Below are positions 63,188 to 64,000 of a stretch of DNA of 64,000 nucleotides, in pieces. The DNA lies in contig MNUR01000046.1 in NCBI GenBank assembly GCA_001871115.1, forward strand, positions 13,299 to 77,298. The letters are read 5' to 3'. How positions within the stretch are numbered: the first letter of the stretch is position 1; each line of letters opens with the position of its first letter. The translations under genes and the position numbers were made by a program. The DNA is from Elusimicrobia bacterium CG1_02_56_21 (GTDB lineage: Bacteria; Elusimicrobiota; Elusimicrobia; Elusimicrobiales; UBA9959). A model generated the notes under the pieces. The model saw only the letters and a list, made by a program, of their open reading frames with translations, was not told the origin of the DNA and made no database searches.

Positions 63188-63195
63188 ATATTACA
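63188..63195 (-). promoter_or_regulatory. -10 TG-TAATAT after a T-tract
   Basis: Minus-sense AATTTTGTAATATGACC, about 97 nt upstream of ATG 63091. Confidence 0.4.
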
Positions 63196-63219
63196 AAATT
63201 ACCAGAAAAATGCAACAGG

Positions 63220-63243
63220 CAGAGACTTATCCAGAGACTTATC
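63220..63243. repeat. Perfect tandem duplication of a 12-mer (CAGAGACTTATC x2)
   Basis: Seen directly. It sits 27 nt upstream (minus sense) of the 63188-63193 -10 element. Confidence 0.85.
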
Positions 63244-63691
63244 AAACGCAAGATGAGCCTGAAATCCGGCTCCTGTTGCAAAACAGGGGTTTCCATCCAT
63301 ATTTTCTAACTATGACAGTAAATATGGACGATTCATTAGTAAGACAGTGGCGCAGTTGCGGAAGTTCCTGCGGGCGGACAAATACGCCTGGATAGAGATG
63401 ACCGTGCGCCGGTTCGATTACTTTTCGCTATATCCCCGGTGCGTAAATGCAGCATGCTGGCGACTGGTTTTTCAAGGCCGCAAATAAACAGACTGCTCCA
63501 GCAAAAACTGCTCAACGGCAAATTCCCATGGCCAGAAATTATTCCAATGTTCGCTCCAGAACACGAACCCCGGCTCCGCGCCGGCCATATCTCTGCAAAG
63601 TATCCTGCGGACAACCCGCGAACCGAGTTTAACCTCGAGCGCTTCTCCGGAAAGTTCGAATATAAAAGGGAATATGTTTCAGCCTCCAGAA

Positions 63692-63711
63692 CTGCCGGGC
63701 TTCCCCGGCGG
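63692..63711 (-). repeat. GC-hairpin family copy H12 (no T-tract)
   Basis: CTGCCGGG-CTTC-CCCGGCGG. The minus-sense downstream sequence GTTCTGGAGG lacks a U-run. Confidence 0.5.
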
Positions 63712-63758
63712 CTCCGCTTCCCGCTAAATCACAAGACCTGACCATCTCCCCGAGCAGA

Positions 63759-63774
63759 TAAGTTATGTGTCACC
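63759..63774 (-). repeat. 16-nt junction motif, copy C (minus-sense GGTGACACATAACTTA)
   Basis: Abuts the stop codon of the truncated ORF6N fragment. Confidence 0.65.
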
Positions 63775-63855
63775 TTAACCCCCGAACATAACCCTGTGGC
63801 CACGTATAAGAAATATCTTCTTTTCGATCATCTCTAGTGAAATCAGGTCCTTCAT
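63775..63855 (-). pseudogene. 26-aa N-terminal remnant of an ORF6N/KilA-N-type DNA-binding (antirepressor-like) gene
   Basis: SD GGGGGAGA then ATG. MKDLISLEMIEKKIFLIRGHRVMFGG*. 'IExKIxLIRGxxVM' is the characteristic ORF6N start, and the domain is cut off after it. Confidence 0.5.
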
Positions 63856-63886
63856 ATCTCCCCCTTTGGCTCGTTCACCTGCATAT

Positions 63887-63895
63887 ATCCTAGCA
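63887..63895 (-). promoter_or_regulatory. Extended -10 TGCTAGGAT
   Basis: Minus-sense CGTCTGCTAGGATATATG, about 32 nt upstream of ATG 63855. Confidence 0.35.
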
Positions 63896-63971
63896 GACGA
63901 ACCCGAGAAGGGATTGTCGGGCAAAAAACGCTAAAAAGTACTGGGATGGCGAGCGGGGTGTGGGGCGTAAA

Positions 63972-63996
63972 GGTCAACAGTAAAGACCTGACCCCC
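63972..63996. repeat. 24-nt motif GGTCAACAGTAAAGACCTGACCCCC, copy c
   Basis: Third copy of the AGGTC-N9-GACCT plus C-run motif, at the window edge. Confidence 0.65.
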
Positions 63997-64000
63997 ATAA

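Noticed and set aside
63400-63425. GGTTCGATT string suggestive of a tRNA T-loop
   Set aside because: The flanking sequence cannot form a T-stem or an acceptor stem. I found no cloverleaf anywhere in the window.
42421-63711. Possibility that the repeated GC hairpins form a CRISPR array or integron attC sites
   Set aside because: Spacing is irregular (0.6-4 kb) with whole genes between copies, so this is not a CRISPR array. There is no intI, no attI and no R'/R'' (GTTRRRY/RYYYAAC) core sites, and the hairpins (20 nt) are much shorter than attC sites.
63336-63741. ORFs 63336..63614 (minus strand) and 63439..63741 (plus strand), plus a 38-codon minus-strand ORF (MAGAEPGFVFWSEHWNNFWPWEF...)
   Set aside because: They are mutually antisense and both look superficially protein-like. 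The plus ORF reads through hairpin H12 ('TAGLPRR', an artefact also seen in ORFs 59078..59332 and 61778..62386). There is no SD or domain, so this is possibly decayed sequence and I cannot call it.

Overview
GC-rich bacterial chromosomal window with almost all genes on the minus strand. All calls come from manual reading of the sequence and ORF track; no search or computation was run. (1) 1-17 kb: a ribosomal-protein supercluster (rplC to rplQ, with secY, adk, map, infA, rpmJ and rpoA) that runs straight into mreB-mreC. rpsJ is not upstream of rplC and rpmD is absent between rpsE and rplO. (2) 17-53 kb: mixed housekeeping and accessory genes. These include lysC, cstA, a eukaryote-like phospholipid scramblase homolog, aspartate racemase, a YkuD_2 L,D-transpeptidase, an RluA-type pseudouridine synthase, gpx, nudC, a DTW tRNA-modification enzyme, MATE and OPT transporters, an RRM RNA-binding protein, several orphan receiver domains, and a large Tyr-periodic secreted SH3b protein. 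(3) 53-64 kb: an accessory-looking array of single-gene units, all on the minus strand. It holds a methyltransferase, BrnT/BrnA, two GNAT-like genes, a VOC-like gene, a nitroreductase and three tandem members of a four-member ~230-aa paralog family, plus gene remnants (a scramblase N-terminal fragment and an ORF6N fragment). The non-coding layer is unusually structured: three copies of a ~164-bp MITE with ~20-bp terminal inverted repeats; at least 12 near-identical GC hairpins (CCGCCGGG-N4-CCCGGCGG plus a T-tract), often fused to a TTTTG(N)TAGAAT -10 element; several genes whose ATG sits 6-7 nt after the -10 (leaderless candidates); a 16-nt motif that sits exactly where two genes are truncated; and a 24-nt motif present three times. 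Three genes look frameshifted (DksA/TraR-like, pilin-like, a lipoprotein). I saw no rRNA, tRNA, CRISPR array, integrase, transposase or recognisable known defence system. The most novel-looking items are the paralog family and its island, the junction motif, and the MITE and hairpin repeat families.
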